A stretch of DNA of 64,000 bases from positions 1 to 64,000 of the forward strand of contig JAAILG010001621.1 in NCBI GenBank assembly GCA_012026655.1, read 5' to 3'. A program made the position numbers and the translations under genes. The stretch is from Hydrolagus affinis (lineage: Eukaryota). The notes below the pieces were generated by a model. It made no database searches and was not told the origin of the DNA. It saw only the letters and a program-made list of their open reading frames with translations. This document shows positions 62,363 through 64,000 of this stretch, one piece after another. The first letter of the stretch is position 1, and every line of letters starts with the position of its first letter.

Positions 62363-64000
62363 TTTTAAAAGACGAGCTTTATTTTGTTCCGGCTGATGTC
62401 AAAATCAATTAGCCAGCATTTGCACTGACTATACTCCTGATAGAATTGTATGATTTTTAAGTTTTAAAATCAAATTGGCTATCTGCCACAGGCACACAGC
62501 TCAAGAATTCTGAAAAGTCAACCCATATTAGAATAAGAGATAAAATATGGGAAACTAACTCAGACTTGTCCAATGTTTTGCCACAACTAAGCCCTGAGAG
62601 GACAGGTGTGATCTAATGATGCTGATGAATCGTGAAGGGTTGCTTTTAGTGCTTGGAAAATAGCTGTAAAAAAGGCAATGGGTATACAGATAGGAAAGTA
62701 GGGGAATAAGAGAGAATTATTTTCCACTTGGATAAAATAACCTCGGAACAACTGGCATATGCCTGCCCCATGTTTGCATGCTTCATCACACGACAGCCAA
62801 ATATTTTGATTCGCTAGTAAACTTAAAACGTTTGAAATGTGCAGACATGGCAGTTCACGGGTGCTTAACTTGCTGCTCAATGGTCTGACGCAACAGCCAT
62901 TGTAAAAGCCCTAAAAATACACACAGTATTTACACATCGCTTGGTTCTGATTTATGCCAAAAGAAGTCATTGCAAATAATGGGCCTCCAGCTGATTGATT
63001 CTACAGTGGACACCGGAACATTGTTAAAATGACATTCCTGTCAAATTTTCTTGTTGTTTACCCCATGTGAATCAGTGCAAATAGGTTATTATTAAAATAA
63101 CAAGTCATTCCCAAAGGCCAATTTCATTTAAGGTAGTCACTAAATATTTTTTCTAATGCTCTACAACTTGAAAGTAGGCTTATTCAGCATTTCCCATCCC
63201 TAGATCTGTTGTGTACTGGTTATTTCGAAACCAACACAATTACTCTTACTAACTGTAGTTTTCACACAAACATGAAATGCATATCTTATCAGATCAAATG
63301 GAAGGCTGTTATAGTTCCTTTGCTTATGCTCACACAAGTTGTCAATAGAACAGCAAAATAACATTTTGCAACTGTTGCTCATGTGTTATTTGTTCAATCC
63401 AATCATTGTGCACAAAGATAGGTAGAGAACCTTGTTATATTTTTTTCATAAACCATTGAATATACAGTAGACGTCACATAAGTCATATCAGTTGAGACTA
63501 TATATTTAATATTACTCAGGCAAAGTATGAGTTATGTCAAACCTGCATAGAATATATAAACAGGACTTGGGCAGATGTTCGCCATAGGCTATTACAGTAT
63601 ATGATTTACACAGATCAGACGTATGCAAGTTATCAGACTTATCAGACTGATAACTACACTCAACTCTGTCTTGGGTGCAAATTAGAAATTTGTATTGCTC
63701 TTGTCCTGTTTATTCTGTCTGAAAGAAAAAGAGCAAAGTTGACAAGAAAAGATTTAAACCTCATGTACTGTAAGTAAACAACATTACTGGAAATATTCCT
63801 AATGGTGACAATTTTACATTTTTTTTATGATACAAAAAAGCAAATTAATTCAGCGTTTGATGAATGGTAAAGATATTAACTATAAGAACTAATTTTCCAT
63901 ATTAGTTGCCAAGAGCAATGTGAGGTTTGGCATGCGATACTTTACAAATGTGTTTCTGGAAGTAGTTAACTGATAAGTACTGATTGTTTGGAGCTGTTAC

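Noticed and set aside
1-64000. CRISPR arrays, operons, rRNA genes or prokaryotic-type systems
   Set aside because: The DNA is vertebrate. I saw no regularly spaced repeat-spacer arrays, long ORFs or rRNA motifs.

Overview
This is AT-rich, CpG-depleted, repeat-dense vertebrate DNA with no recognisable host protein-coding gene. It reads as a long intron or an intergenic region. The repeat content points to a cartilaginous fish, probably a chimaera (inference, not a database result). That content comprises a very abundant tRNA-headed SINE with an (ATT)n tail, Deu-domain SINEs, old LF-SINE-like copies, L2 3' ends with (TTG)n tails, CR1 3' ends, and a decayed Penelope-like retroelement with a YIDD reverse transcriptase. 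There is also a hAT-like transposon end at the left edge, a ~320-bp MITE and one 100-N assembly gap. Nearly all ORFs in the supplied track are chance or repeat-derived. I found no clearly novel multi-gene system. The most interesting items are a head-to-head pair of decayed minimal hammerhead ribozyme motifs in a Penelope-derived hairpin, two SINE copies 16.6 kb apart sharing ~75 bp of 3' flank, templated-insertion scars, a TGCGGT (RUNX-like) motif cluster and a few unassigned candidate exons. Repeat family names come from my recall of consensus motifs, and boundaries are approximate.
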